A DNA stretch of 64,000 bases. Source: the human T2T-CHM13v2.0 reference genome, Homo sapiens. The position numbers and the translations under genes were made by a program. This document shows positions 16,813-34,082 of this stretch, in pieces (within the stretch, counting starts at the first letter, position 1; each line of letters opens with the position of its first letter). The notes under the pieces are model-generated. The model searched no databases. It was not told the origin of the DNA and saw nothing but the letters and a program-made list of their open reading frames with translations. The DNA is taken from assembly GCF_009914755.1 (NCBI RefSeq), contig NC_060936.1. One strand, 5' to 3'.

Positions 16813-17693
16813 AGAAAGAAAAAAGAAAGAGAGAGGAGGAGGGGGATGGAGGAGAAGGGGGGGAGGGAGAGGGAGGAAGGGAGGAAGGGGAGAAGGAAGG
16901 GAAGGAGAGAGGGAAGAAGAAAGGGACAGAGGGAGGGAAGGAAGGAAGGAGGGAGGGAAGGAAGGAGGGAGGGAGGGAAGGAAGGAGGGAGGGAGGGAAG
17001 GAGGGAGGGAAGGAAGGAGGGAGGGAGAAGAAAGGAAGGAAGGAGGGGAAGAAGGAAAGAAGGAAGGAGGGAGGGAGAAGAAAGGAAGGAAGGAGGGGAG
17101 GAAGGAAAGAAGGAAGGAGGGAGGGAGGGAAGGAGGGAGGGAGGGAGGGAAGGAGGGAGGGAGGGAGGGAGGGAGGGAAGGAGGGAGGGAGGGAGGGAAG
17201 GAGGGAGGGAGGGAGAAGAAAGGAAGGAAGGAGGGGAAGAAGGAAAGAAGGAAGGAGGGAGGGAGAAGAAAGGAAGGAAGGAGGGGAGGAAGGAAAGAAG
17301 GAAGGAGGGAGGGAGGGAAGGAGGGAGGGAGGGAGGGAAGGAGGGAGGGAGGGAGGGAAGGAGGGAGGGAGGGAAGGAGGGAGGGAGGGAGAAGAAAGGA
17401 AGGAAGGAGGGGAGGAAGGAAAGAAGGAAGGAAGGAGGGAGGGAGGGAAGGAAGGGAGGAAGGAAGGAAGAAAGGAGGGAAGGAAGGAAAGAAGGAAGGA
17501 GGGAAGAAACGAGGGGAGGAAAGAAAGAAGGAAGGAAGGAGGAAGGGAAGGAAGGGAGGAAGGAAGGAAGAAAGGAGGGAAGGAAGGAAGGCAGGCAAGC
17601 AGGAAGGAAGGGAGGAAGGAAGGAAGGAGGAAGGAAGGAAGGAGGAAGGAAGGAAGGCAAGCAGGAAGGAAGGAGACAGGCAGGAGGAAGGAA
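16810..17693 (+). repeat. ~880-bp GA-rich polypurine tract with a 50-nt higher-order unit
   Basis: Almost only G/A: GGAA/GGGA runs, with a unit starting GGGAGAAGAAAGGAAGG at 17023, 17073, 17211, 17261 and 17387. Confidence 0.97.
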
Positions 17694-17849
17694 GCCTAGC
17701 TCTGTGAGGGAAGAGGTGGGTAGATGTGGGAGGCAATACAGGGTTTAGATCAGAGCAAAGGAACAACAGCCACATGAGCAGAAGAGAGAGCCACCCATTT
17801 CTAACTGCCCTGACATGTCCTGAATGAATGGTAAGTCTGACTCTCTTAC

Positions 17850-18064
17850 CGTAGTTTCTGTACTGTAATTCTGTGATGAAGTAATGGATCACAGACATGA
17901 TGTAGCTGCTTTCACAGGTGCTGCCCACAAAATGAGGAATCAACAACATGCTCGGATGTTTCTTTTTGAAGTAATTAACCCAGTTGGCAATCAGAGTGGA
18001 CTTCCCACAACCGTGTTCTCTAGACAAGAGCAAAATAGACTTGTAAGTTGGAGTAGGATTTATT
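17850..18064 (-). pseudogene. TTC41P: TTC41P exon with Walker A region (215 nt)
   Basis: INPTPTYKSILLLSREHGCGKSTLIANW...HFVGST...YRNY; cag|...|gtaaga. Confidence 0.9.
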
Positions 18065-18496
18065 CTGAAAAATAAAAGGGTAATAAAATGTAAAGAATAT
18101 TTACCAAGGAAGGGAAGAAGGGAGAGAGGAAGGAAGGAAGGAAAAGAAAATTTTCCTGCATACATTTTCCTTCTAAAAGATAAAGTTCTAGTTTCAATTT
18201 TGGCCTCAGCCAGCTTCAAAGAAGTCATTCACCCTCTGGGCTTTAGCTTTGTCCTGTGTAAAACTAGAAGAGTAAAGACAGCAACTTTGGAAGGCCCTTC
18301 CAGCTAGACAAATCCTAGGTCTGTCCAGTAAGAACCAGGGTTACATAAAGGTCCCAAGGCCTGGGGAGGGAAACGACCACATTAGTCCACTGCCCTTGCA
18401 TCTGGCTTGCTCCTCCTCCCTTGGGTTACCACCACCAATGCCAGGCTGGTCCTTCGTGTAACATCATCTTGGAAGAGCATCAGAAATTGAAGCACT

Positions 18497-18772
18497 GCCA
18501 GGCGCAGTGGCTCATGCCTGTCATCCTGGCACTTTGGGAGGCCTAGGTGGGCAGATCAGTTGAAGTCAGGAGTTTGAGACCACCCTGGCCAACATGGTAA
18601 AACCCCGTCTCTACTAAAAATACAAAAATTAGCTGGGTGTGGTGGTGTGTGCCTGTAATCCCAGCTACTTGGGAGGCAGAGGCAGGAGAATTGCTTGAAT
18701 CGGGAGATGGAGGTTGCAGTGAGCCAAGATCATGCCACTGTACTCCAGCCTGGACAACAGAGCAAGACTCTG
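18497..18772 (+). mobile_element. Alu
   Basis: Full dimer without an A tail; GAAGCACT TSD. Confidence 0.93.
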
Positions 18773-18774
18773 TT

Positions 18775-19131
18775 GGAAGGGAGGAAGGAAGGAAGACAAG
18801 AAGGGAGGGAGGGAGGGAAGAAGGAAGAAGAAAGAAAGGAAAGAAAGGGAGAGAGAAAGAAAGAGAGAGAGAGAGAGAGAGAGGGAGGGAGGGAGGGAAG
18901 GAGGGAGGGAAAGAAGAAGGAAGGAAGGAAGGAAGGGGGAGGGGGAGGGGAGGAGACAGAGGGAAGGAGACAGAGGGGAGGGGAAGGGGGAGAGGAGCAG
19001 ATGGAGGGGAGGGGGAGGGGAGGGGCAAGGGGAGGGAGGGGAAAAGGAGGGGGGGGGAAGAGGAGGGGAGGGGAGGGCAGGGGAGAGGAGGTGAAGAGTA
19101 GGGAGTGGAGGGGAGGGGAGAGGAGGGGAGG
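18775..19131 (+). repeat. ~360-bp GA-rich tract replacing an Alu tail
   Basis: Directly follows the Alu body 18497-18772. Confidence 0.95.
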
Positions 19132-19651
19132 GAAGCACTCATATGCCAAGAATTCCCTTCAATCCTGATGACCACCAAATTAGAAATCAACTAAATTATT
19201 ATCATTGTTAGTGACTCACTGAGAGTCTTCTACTGGGTTAGCTGGTAATACTGCATGAATATGATTTCTTTGAACTGCCAGGAGCATAACACAACTTGTT
19301 CTGTGGCTTTCTTTTTCACTGAAAAGCTTCTGAATATGCAAAGTATTCTCAGGTCCATGAAATTCACTCTGGCCTTGTACCTTACACAGTTATCATTCAA
19401 TAAATACGTGTCTAGTGACTTTTCACTGATGTTAAGTTCCATGAGGAGGATAGTTTCCAGGCTCACCTTATTCACCATTGAATATTTAGTGACTTGCACA
19501 ACACCTGACCATAACTTGTTCAGTGAGTGAATGAAATAAGTAAACCTGACATTCAGTTTCAGCAAAGAAGAAAATCAGCCTGAAAATTCGTTAAAAAAGA
19601 AAACCTAAAACAGTGTCATTAGAAGTTGCTTCATAAGAATTCCATCTCCAT

Positions 19652-19993
<342 letters not shown>

Positions 19994-20128
19994 TCAATGC
20001 CTTATTGCTGAAATGATTTCACCATCAAATCTGAATGGTCAGGTTTGATTTTGTGCCCTACTTCCACTTTTGCTCTCTTTCAGTCTCAACCAAGCAGTGT
20101 GAGTGAGTCCATCAAAATATGTCATAGA

Positions 20129-20432
<304 letters not shown>

Positions 20433-22099
20433 TCATGTAAGCAGGTTATTGCTCTGCTCAAAAGTAGTACAGTAAAAGCCAAGTCCTTGCAAAGACCTGT
20501 AAGACCAAACAAGATCCACATCCTCCCCACTGTCCATTGCATCTCCAACCTCATCCCCTACTACCAACCCTACAGCTGACTTTCTTCTAGCCGCCTGGCC
20601 TCTTTGCTATTTCTCCAGCCTCCAGGCCTCCACATTTGCTATGACCTCTGTCTGGAATGCTCTTCCAATCCATATGTACATAGCTTGCTCCCTCACCTAT
20701 CTCTGGTAGTTACCCCAATGTCACCGTCTCAGTGAGGGCTTCCCTCACCCTACCAGATGGCCTAATTCCTTCCAGTGTTTCCTTTTCCTCCACAGCACTT
20801 GAAGGCATCTCACGAATACTACATATTTCACATAGTTATCATGCCTGTCTCCACAATGCAAGCTCTGTAGAGGCAGAGATTTGTTTCTTCTGTTCACTGC
20901 CATATCCCATCTCTAGAACAGTTCTTGTATCTAGCAGGTAAAATAAATGAAGGAAAGCTGCAATAAGAGACATCCACATAATCAGGGGTAGGGTCTTAAA
21001 TTTCTTCTCAAGAACAAAAAGAACATTTCATTTTGCAAAGTAATCTGTGGTTCCTTTCGAAATGAGAAAAAAAAGGATCCTATTGATCTATATAGTTGGT
21101 TATTAAGACAATGCTTTGAAACCTGAAAAGAACTTTCCTTTTCTATTGACCTACACACACTATTCAGGAACTTAAGGTAGAGAGCGTTGTTTCCAAATGG
21201 CAAAGCAAACAAGGCCCTGAATGTTTTCATGTATCTAATATAAAAGGGCTTATTTGTTATATTTTTACTGAGCACAACAATTTGACTTGTTCAATTGCAA
21301 TAAAATTTATTACATTTCTCATCCACTCTGAAACACTTAAAATTATAACCTAAGTGAGAAATAATTCACATACTAAAAAATTCACCATTTTAAAGTCTAC
21401 CCTTCCATGGTTTTCAATATATTCACAAGGTTGTACAAGCATCACTGCTATCTAATTCCAGAACATTTTTCAGCACCCCCAAAAAGAAACTGTACCCACT
21501 AAGAATCATTCTCCATTTCTTTCACCACCCTCTTCCCCCAATAGGCACTAAACAACTTTCTGTCTCTATGAATTTGTCTACTTAAATCTAATATTCTTAA
21601 CACATGACCTATATGTTTCTCCTGTAGTCTGAAAATATTGACTGAGCACCATGCTGTATTAACTGAATAAATTGTCTTCCTCTTGGCATGGGTTCCCAGA
21701 ACCACAAGAATGTTGGTAGCCCTGTCCCTGAGTGAACTAAACCAGTAGGTTCTGAACCTGGGACAGCAACGGTGAAAAACAGCCCTTAGCCATCCCAGCA
21801 CTGCAGTTTTATTTCAAAGCACAAATCTTTCACAGGACACATGAGATGCAAGGTTTAAGAGCTGGAAAATGAGAATGGAAAAAATAAAGCTATCCTAAGA
21901 ACCTCCCCACTTCCAAGGATGAGACTGGGAGGGATACCATGGGTAACCCCAGCTCTCTCACTGCTGGCCTCAGCTTCCTAATGCCTGTGGGTGGTGAACA
22001 CAGTATTTCACCACCCAGGGTGAGAAAGATATGGAGGTTTTATTGTAGAGTATACTGGATAAAACAATGAAGGAGTGCATATGTTGAGTAAGATAACCT

Positions 22100-22224
22100 G
22101 TTTTTTTCTTTAGAGATGGAGTCCCACTATGTTACCCAGGCTGGGCTCAAACTCTTGGGCACAAGGGATCCTCCCGCCTCACCTGATTAGCTGGGATTAC
22201 AGGCATACACCACCGTGCCCAGCT
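22100..22224 (-). mobile_element. FLAM monomer
   Basis: TSD aagataacctg. Confidence 0.85.
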
Positions 22225-22390
22225 CAAGATAACCTGATTCTTTACAAACAAACAGAAATAATATGGTCCATATCATTTTCATAAGTGCTAGCTGAATATC
22301 TGAATGTAATTAATAATGAGCTGATGATACATGTGGAAGCTCTTTGTAAATTATATAATATTATGCAGATGCGTTATTCATATTTCCTAA

Positions 22391-22694
<304 letters not shown>

Positions 22695-23034
22695 CTAATT
22701 TCTTCTCTTTAAAGTCACTCCATCATTCTCAAAAATTACTTAGACCACCTTTGATGTATGGGAGAAAAAAGAATGTGGTTCCCTGCACTCTGGAAGTGTC
22801 TAATCTTCTTGAGGACACTGGAGGAAACTACACGAAACATCAGAAAAATTTTGCAAGTGCAGAGTGATATCTGATAAGAAAATTCTAACCCCGGGTTGGC
22901 TTTTAGGGGGTCTCTCTTGTTTGAAGGGATGAGCATAGAATGGGGAAAGTTGGAAAAGGCATTCCAAGTTTGGGGGATTGCGTTTACCAAAGTCAGGCTG
23001 TTCTGCCTGAGCTTAGAATTTCTTGACATCTTAC

Positions 23035-23215
23035 CTGGGGACAGAATCTAAACTGGAATCTGCTGCCACATTGTTAAAATCAAGTTCCACATCCTTTAAG
23101 GCAAATTTTTCCAAGATTTCAAAGGTCCTATCTGACTCCTTGGAAATAACACACATTTGCTTGCACTTCTCAGTAAACTCTTCGTGATAGAAACGTTCAA
23201 AACTGTGCTTGTAGT
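23035..23215 (-). pseudogene. TTC41P: TTC41P exon (181 nt)
   Basis: In phase (1-2): DYKHSFERFYHEEFTEKCKQMCVISKESDRTFEILEKFALKD...SVP; aag|...|gtaaga. Confidence 0.85.
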
Positions 23216-26200
23216 CTTGATAGTGAAAAAGATAAGTTTTAATAACTTAGATTAGTAGTTTCACATTTTCGATTCTACATGTTATTACAAATGCCCAGGA
23301 AGGTATCTCTCTGTATCTATATCACCTTCTATTTGTGAAATATTCCAGATTTCACAGCCCATTCAATATACTAATGAAAGAAAACTACAGGAAAACAATT
23401 GAACCTTTCTTCTGCTATTTGTACATAGAATCCTACTTACGATTCCAAGTTATTTCATGACCTCAGAATGACAAGGGCAAAAAAATTAGGTTTGCTATAT
23501 AATGCAGGTCATTTTTTCAAACTGTTAGTGAAGTAGGAAGTTATCTAATCCAGTCTTGTGAGGTATGTATGTGTGTCTATCTATGACAGAGGTTGAGCAA
23601 GTGGGGTATATTTTTAGGACAAATGCCCTAATAAGGATAACAACCATGGGTACAGCTGCAGCTCTGCCATTGGGCAAGTTTTTTAAACTCTCTGATAAAA
23701 TAAGGGGGAGGGGCCAGACAATGGATAATTTCTAAAGTTTCTTCCAGTTTTAATTTACTGCAATTCTAAATTCATTGCCTAATAAAAGTCAGGGTGTTCT
23801 GGGCTCCCAAAATGCCCTCCTGTCTCTGGAGACACCCATATTCCCTATGTTTGTTTGTTTAGGAGTAAAGGCTGTTATCAACACATGCAGGAAAAGGAAC
23901 ACCAGATAGTTTAGCCTGGTAAGTTCCCAAAATACTCACATTGTACCTTCATAGTTAACAGGGCTGCCCCAGGGCTCAGACAGGACCAGAATAGACCTGG
24001 AGGATCCACAAGCTGGCCAAGGTCAGCTTCAAGTTTCAGGATCTTAGACAGAATCTGGATGACCTCACAGTCTAACAGTCCTCTTGCACGAACCCTGAAC
24101 CTCATCCAATAGTCTCAGGGATCTTCAAGGACCTCAGAATTACTTCTATGGGTCAAGAGTGTAAACTGATAGTTCTACATTGTCTTACAATAACTACCAG
24201 CTGCCCAAATGGCCTATCACTACCCTAACTGTGGACTATGAGATTTTGGAGCTACCTAGGTGATTAAAGAGCATTGAAGATCCAAAAGAGAAAGAATTTA
24301 AGGCTTCCGTCTAAAGCAAGGAAGGATTATTTTTTAAATAATCCATCCATTCCATGCCTTCTAATTCAGACATTTAGACCACATATATACATTCAAGAAT
24401 AAAGTCTAAAACAAGCTAACCTTTCAGTAATATCCAAAATCAAAGGCTAAGGAGAATACTATGGAGAAATAATATGACCTTAACCCCAAAACACAGAAAG
24501 GCTATATTCTTGAACACATTAGTGAATATTAATCAATAGATGCAGTTCAGGTTAAGATTAGTAAAAGAATATTAATATTAACCACATTTCTGACTTTAAC
24601 CAAATGTATATATTCTTATCGAACCCATTTGTTTTTATTCATTCTCACTAGTTATTAACTCTGTGCCTGATATGTGTCTGGTGTTGTTTTTGGTGGTTTA
24701 CATAATTACTCTCAAAGTGGTTAATGTTAACCAATTTTACGGAAGAAAAAACAACGGTTTACCAACACTAAGTAATGCACTCAAGGTCACATAACTAGGA
24801 GCTGAAAAATACAAGATCCAACGACCTGTCTGTCAGATTCTAAAACCCCAAGCCTGTCATAAATATGTGGGTTCTTTTTAGCTGCTCAACATCCAACCAC
24901 CCTACCCTAGTTTCAGTAACAGCCCTGGATTATCATTGTGGAGCCACCCATCCCAACTCTCAGTTCATATTATTCCAAGGAGTCTAACTCCACTTGCAGC
25001 TCCAGAAGTGGCATGTGACCCGGAATTAGCCAATCAGAGCATCACATTCCCTTGACACCCAGTGATTGAATCAAATGCAAGCATATGGCCCAGGTCAGGC
25101 TAATCAGAGCCAGAAAGACTCAATGCTAGGAATGCTAGGACTTTGAGCCATTTCTGCTGGACTTGAACCTGGAGCTGCTATGGCCCATCTTCCTCTTCCT
25201 TCACGATAGAGAAGCTAAGGAGCTGAGCTAACATCAGGACAGCAGGGCCAGGCTGAGAAGTAGTCAGAGACAAGGGTCTGGTAACATCATTTGAGCAACT
25301 GAATGAAGCCTGAGCTGAGTCAGACTTAATCCTGGCCTTTTTAGTTATATAAGCTAATAAATTCCCTTTTCGTTAAAATCAGTTTGAGTCACCTGCAACC
25401 AAAAGAGTTGGAACTGATACAATGTTCTTTTTCCAGGGTCCAGATGATTTGGCTTCTAGGCAGAGTTTTGTCTAGCCTGCAGAGGTTTGTCTTCACCACC
25501 ACCACCCACACTGAATTCAAATGACTCTCCTGTTCAGTACAGATCCATCTGCTCCCTATCACATTACAAGGACTATTGTGTGCCTGGTCCCTGAAAGCAT
25601 TTGAGAATGTACCACCTGCCACCATTTTCCATCCCCATGTTAATTGGGCCCTTTCATCAGTAATTTATAATCTTTTGGGGTCATTAAGCCTTTTGAGAAT
25701 CTGATCAAAGACACAGGCCATCCTCCTACCCCCAGGACACACATAGGCATATAAACATTATATTTTCATACAATTTTACATAATTTTCATATAGTCTATC
25801 TTTCATATTATCATCACAGATCCCTCCTGAAGTCTGTCTAGGTGACAGACTCTTCCCTTTTTAATCTGGTACATGTCCACAGGACATTATTTCCAAAAAT
25901 AATGGTAATCATTTCATTTAGAGGCAATATGATGTCAGGCAATGCTTCTCAAACTTTAACATACATGTAAAGCCCCTAGTCATCTTGTTAAACTGCAAAT
26001 TTTAATTCAGTTGACCTGGAATGGAGCTCAAGATTCTACCTTTCTAACAAGCTACTAGGTGATGCTGAGGCTGCCAATCCATGAATCATACTTTTAAAAA
26101 AAAAGGTGAAAAAGAGCAGGCATAGATTTTAGAGTCAGAGAGACCTGAGTTCAAATCCTGAATTTGTCCCTCACTAGTTATGTGACATTGGTAAGTCATT

Positions 26201-26349
26201 TCACTGCTACACAGCAGCTTTCATTTGCTCATTTACAGAATCGGAATTATAATACCTACCTAGCAGGGTTAAACCTTGAAGATTAAATGTAATAGCATAA
26301 CCAAAGCACTAGAAAATTAATAAAAGTTGATTCTCTTCCTCTTGGCTCA

Positions 26350-26525
26350 GTATTTCTGAATTTTGGGTAATTATTTATTATGGGGGTTGTCCTGTGCACT
26401 GTAGGATGCTTGTCAATATCGCTGATGCCAGTAGCTCTCCCCAAATCATGACAATCATAAATGTTTTCAGACTTGGCCAAATGTCCCTTGAAGGAGCAAA
26501 ATCGGCCCTGGTTGAGAACCACTGC
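26350..26525 (+). mobile_element. MER20-like hAT element
   Basis: Ends aaatcggccctggttgagaaccactg. Confidence 0.7.
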
Positions 26526-26794
26526 TCTAGACTCACTTAACGGCCAGATATTTTGGGTCTTCTCTGAGCTCCTTAACCCCCTAAACAATCTTCCATGACT
26601 GACTCATTACTTGCTCTTATTTTCAGTTGCAAAAATCTTCAAAGTGGAAAAATACATGTCACAAGAACACAATAATAATTTTTAAATGCTTAAGGAACAT
26701 TTGCAATCATTTAAAAATTCCTTTCACAAGGAAGACCTATAAAAACATTACCTTTATGTTGATAATGGACTTAGTTATCTCTATATTTACTAAC

Positions 26795-27800
26795 CTATAT
26801 TTTCAATCATTAAAGTGGCTGGATGAAGTTTTTCTATCACAACTGACCAGTCCTTAAAAACCAGCTCACCCAACTCGTGGAGATCACTATAAAATCTCAC
26901 AGGGAGCCCTTTACTAATAATCTTGGCCTTAAGCTTTCCAATCCTCAATGTTTCCTCTTCGTTGGTTGAAGAACTTGAGGGCAGCCTCTCTCCCTTTTTC
27001 TCATCATCTAAAGCCTTCAGCAGTGTGGTTCCAGTCCTAAAGTAAAAATACTGAAATTGAGATTCATTCAGAAATGCTGCTTGGATTATCTCAAACTCCG
27101 TCAGACTGCAGCTGGGGTTCTCCAGAACCCAAGGATAACCGTTTTTGGCAGCAACATAGAGATTCTATTCTACTTTGGATAAGCTTGACAAGCGAGTCAC
27201 TTTGGAGGTCATGAAATGTGAGTAGTCAGGGAGGAAGTCTCCATACGTCTGACCCAGCATGCAGATGAAAAAGGGAAAGCAGCTGTTCACATAGTCAAGG
27301 CAGAGCTTCAGACGTTGGGAGCGAAGACAAGAATACTGTCTAAACAGGTGGGTGGGTAAGGATTTCGGGGCCTTTAATGCTGACCAACTCAGGTCCACGG
27401 CTTTGAAATATGTGCCCCAGGAATTGCAGAGTTCATTAAGCTGAGGGAAGATGTTGTTTGCCAAAAAGTCTCTCTCTTCTTGAAAATCATTCAGAGTCGA
27501 GCAGATGTAAGGCTGAATGGGTTTCTGGGGCTTTTGAAGGAATTGGGTATACCTTTCTACATTCTCATTTGTCTTCTGGCTCATTTCTCTTTGCTTGGGG
27601 ACAACACTATGCATAAAATATCACAATTTTCATCCTAGCACAGCCACCGATCCCCACTGCTTCTAATCTTCCTCCCAATTATGTTTGCTATGAACAGGTG
27701 GAAATCTTTCTTGAAAATTGTTTCTTATTGGTATTGGAAGGTGAGAGATGCCAACCAGGGGACAGATCAGAGTTGAAAAACAATCCAGTTTAAGTTAGGA
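26795..27800 (-). pseudogene. TTC41P: TTC41P first coding-type exon (ATG 27584, DUF4062-like, premature TAG 27165-27167)
   Basis: PYICSTLNDFQEERDFL...KAVDLSW...FFICMLGQTYG...VE*NLYVAAKNGYPWV...SLTEFEIIQA...YFYFR; polypyrimidine acceptor at 27801, donor G|gttagt. Confidence 0.88.
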
Positions 27801-29039
27801 CTGAAAAAGAAAAAAAACATTCATTTTAGGATTACAGGCAGTGCATGTCTCCCCTGTTCTTCCAAAGCTTTTGCTGAAGAACTGAGAACCAGAAGGCAAG
27901 TGGGCACAGGCCAGAGGCCTCCCCATCTTTCCCCGAGCCTCCCATTCTACCTTCTCAGTGTCCCTGTGGCCAGCTGCTACTTCTGTCCCCTATGATTTTG
28001 GACGTTATGCAAGGGCACTTGCTGATAGCGTGAAAAAGAAAACAAACCCAGAAAAGGAACTCAATGTCTTTAAGAGCAGAACAAGCCAAGGAAGACCTAT
28101 GACTGTGACCAGAAGCAAGAATGAAAGCAGGTATGAAGATGAAGTCAGGACAGGAGGAACAAAGGCCGTAGACTGAAAGCAGCTGGCAGCTGAGAGGCAA
28201 GGAAGTCTGGATCTAAGAACCTGGGAGAGTTCAGGGAATTTTTTTAGTCTTATATTGTGCAGGCTCATACAACACTCCACTCACCTCCATGAATTAAATT
28301 CCACTGAGCTAATGGAAAAACATACACCCTCCGACAATGTCATAGCTATGCTTGCAAGAGCTCAGAAAAAAAAATTATGGTAACAACCTAGTTCTATGAG
28401 GTTTTTCTTGATACAACTCATTTCCATGCCAAATGTAGCTTTTCTTTGGTTATGTTTATTGCTTTCACTTGTAGAAAAACATCTCACATTATACAGCAAT
28501 TTTTCATCAAGATCACCTGACAACAATATAATAATGCAGTACCTTTTTAAAAAGTGTTAACCCTTTGCATGGAATCGTCCTGACAATCCTATGATAGCTA
28601 GGATTACCACCCTACTTTACGAATGAAGAAACACAAGTGCAGAGAGGATAAACAGGACATCCAAAGTCAGTTAGCTGGGAAGTGGAGAGCCAGGATCTAA
28701 ACGTGGGTCAGTCTTACTCCAGAACACATACAGTATGATGCCACCATAGTATAAAGATAAGACCCTAGGTCATGCAGACACTATAAAATTGGTGGGTGGG
28801 AAACACCTATGCAATAAGCAGTACTGTAATAAATAGGTGGCAATTTAGAAAAGAGTAATTTAAACCACAATCTCACACTATTTAAAAAAAAAATTCTGAA
28901 AGATGGCAGAATAGACACTAGGAGGGTTTTATAAATAGACGCCTCACCAGCCATGTCGGAGGCTCAAGATAGATTACTGGCCCTTGCAGATTCTACCTTC
29001 TCCTATTCCCCTGTGATCAAAGGTCATTCCTATTTTACT

Positions 29040-31320
<2,281 letters not shown>

Positions 31321-31473
31321 AAATCCAAGAACTATATAGCAAGAGGAAAATGTTTAAGTGAAAAAAGAAAAAAAGTAGTTATAGACCATAATAATAGCAA
31401 TGTGAATAAAACACCGCTAAATATGGGAGACAGCATAGTATACAGATCGAAGGTCCAAGCTCAGACCAATTCA

Positions 31474-31911
<438 letters not shown>

Positions 31912-32431
31912 ATGCATTAAAAAGAAAAGAATGTAATTAAATTCTAGTTAGACACAGTTCTTTTCATTAGAAAGGGAAAGATGAACGTGTACTTAGACAG
32001 ACTTGTACCAAACTGACTTTCTCTTCTCATAATCAGTAAGACTGAAACAGAATTGAAAGGGTTCAACTTTTGCACGAGGGAGTCAATGTTATTTAATATT
32101 TTGACCCTGGCCCACCTGATAGCAGCAACTGGCATCACAGTGGCACCTCCTACTTTGTTGGGTACACTCCCAGAGGTTGAGCATGGACTTCGGAGTCATG
32201 TAAACCTTGCCGCAGGGTCTGCCTCTGACACAGTTTCTACAGCTGTAAATCCGGAATACTGACCTTACCTGTGAGATGGGAATAAATGAGGCCTTGTATA
32301 ATAAGCACCTCATAAGCCTTTGTCTTTAAAATTTTTTTTTAACACTGTGAAGGTAGACTTCTCATTAAGAAATATCCTTCCCGACAGATTTCTCAATCAA
32401 GCTATCACTGTTTAATATACATTTTACTTAA

Positions 32432-32732
32432 TTTTTTTATTTTTTGAGACAGTCTCGCTCTGTCGCCCAGGCAGGAGTGCAGTGGCGTGATCCTGGCTCA
32501 CTGCAACCTCTGCCTCCTGGGTTCAAGTAACTCTCCTGCCTCAGCCTCCTGAGTAGCTGGGATTACAGGCACGCGCCACCACACCTGGCACACCTGGCTA
32601 ATTTTTGTATTTTTAGTAGAGATGGGGTTTCACCATGTTGGTCAGGCTGCTCTCGAACTCCTGACCTTGTGATCTGCCCGCCTCGGCCTCTCAAAGTGCT
32701 GAGATTACAGGCGTCAGCCACTGCACCCGGCC
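32432..32732 (-). mobile_element. Alu
   Basis: TSD taatatacatttta. Confidence 0.93.
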
Positions 32733-33097
32733 TAATATACATTTTAGAATCTGCAAGATCTACACAAAGTCCTCAATAAATGTTTGCTATTCCTATTATT
32801 GTTGTTAATATTATTTCTGGTGCAAATGTCTGAATTCATATTTTGCAATGAAGCAGCCTCAGTAATATCACTGTATTTATCGTAGCTCTTTATAACTAAA
32901 AGTTATAAGAAAATCTATTACCTGGTCAAAAATGCCTCTGACCTTTTTCAGGAATTTCTTACAACATTTTAAGGCTTAGAAACTTCTATATTCAAATCCC
33001 ACCTCACCCCCACGCCACAATCATTTTAGTATCATTTTAGTAATTTTACCCCTGACAGCCCCAAGTTGTATTTTTTCTTTTTTAAAAAGCTCCTTAT

Positions 33098-33414
<317 letters not shown>

Positions 33415-33725
33415 TTAGCAAGCATTCCAATTTTAGGAAGTTATTCTATTTGTCTATAAGCATTTACCTCTAAGGATTTTCATTGCAGCGATATTTACAA
33501 TGGTTTTAAAACTGCTAACAAACTAAAGGTCTAACAATAATAAATTGGATATCTTGTGGAAAATGTTTATCATATATTGGTCAGTGAAAAAGACAGTTAT
33601 AAAACAGTATTATTGTGTGATCCCATTTTTAACTTAAAATGTGTTAAATATTAATAAAGACATCAAGATGCTAATAGTGATATATCTGATTACAGCATAT
33701 GGGTTATTTTAATTTTTTTCCTTGA

Positions 33726-34082
<357 letters not shown>

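Noticed and set aside
16696-18228. 510-aa ORF and overlapping 288-315-aa ORFs
   Set aside because: Purine-only or pyrimidine-only sequence cannot form stop codons. Only 17850-18064 is a real exon; the rest is low-complexity translation.
18543-19190. Cluster of 120-215-aa ORFs
   Set aside because: Alu plus GA tract artefacts.
32268-32410. Candidate non-coding TTC41P 5' exon (minus donor CAG|gtaagg); similar candidates near 40200-40600
   Set aside because: No frame or convincing acceptor to anchor them; cannot be called without transcripts.
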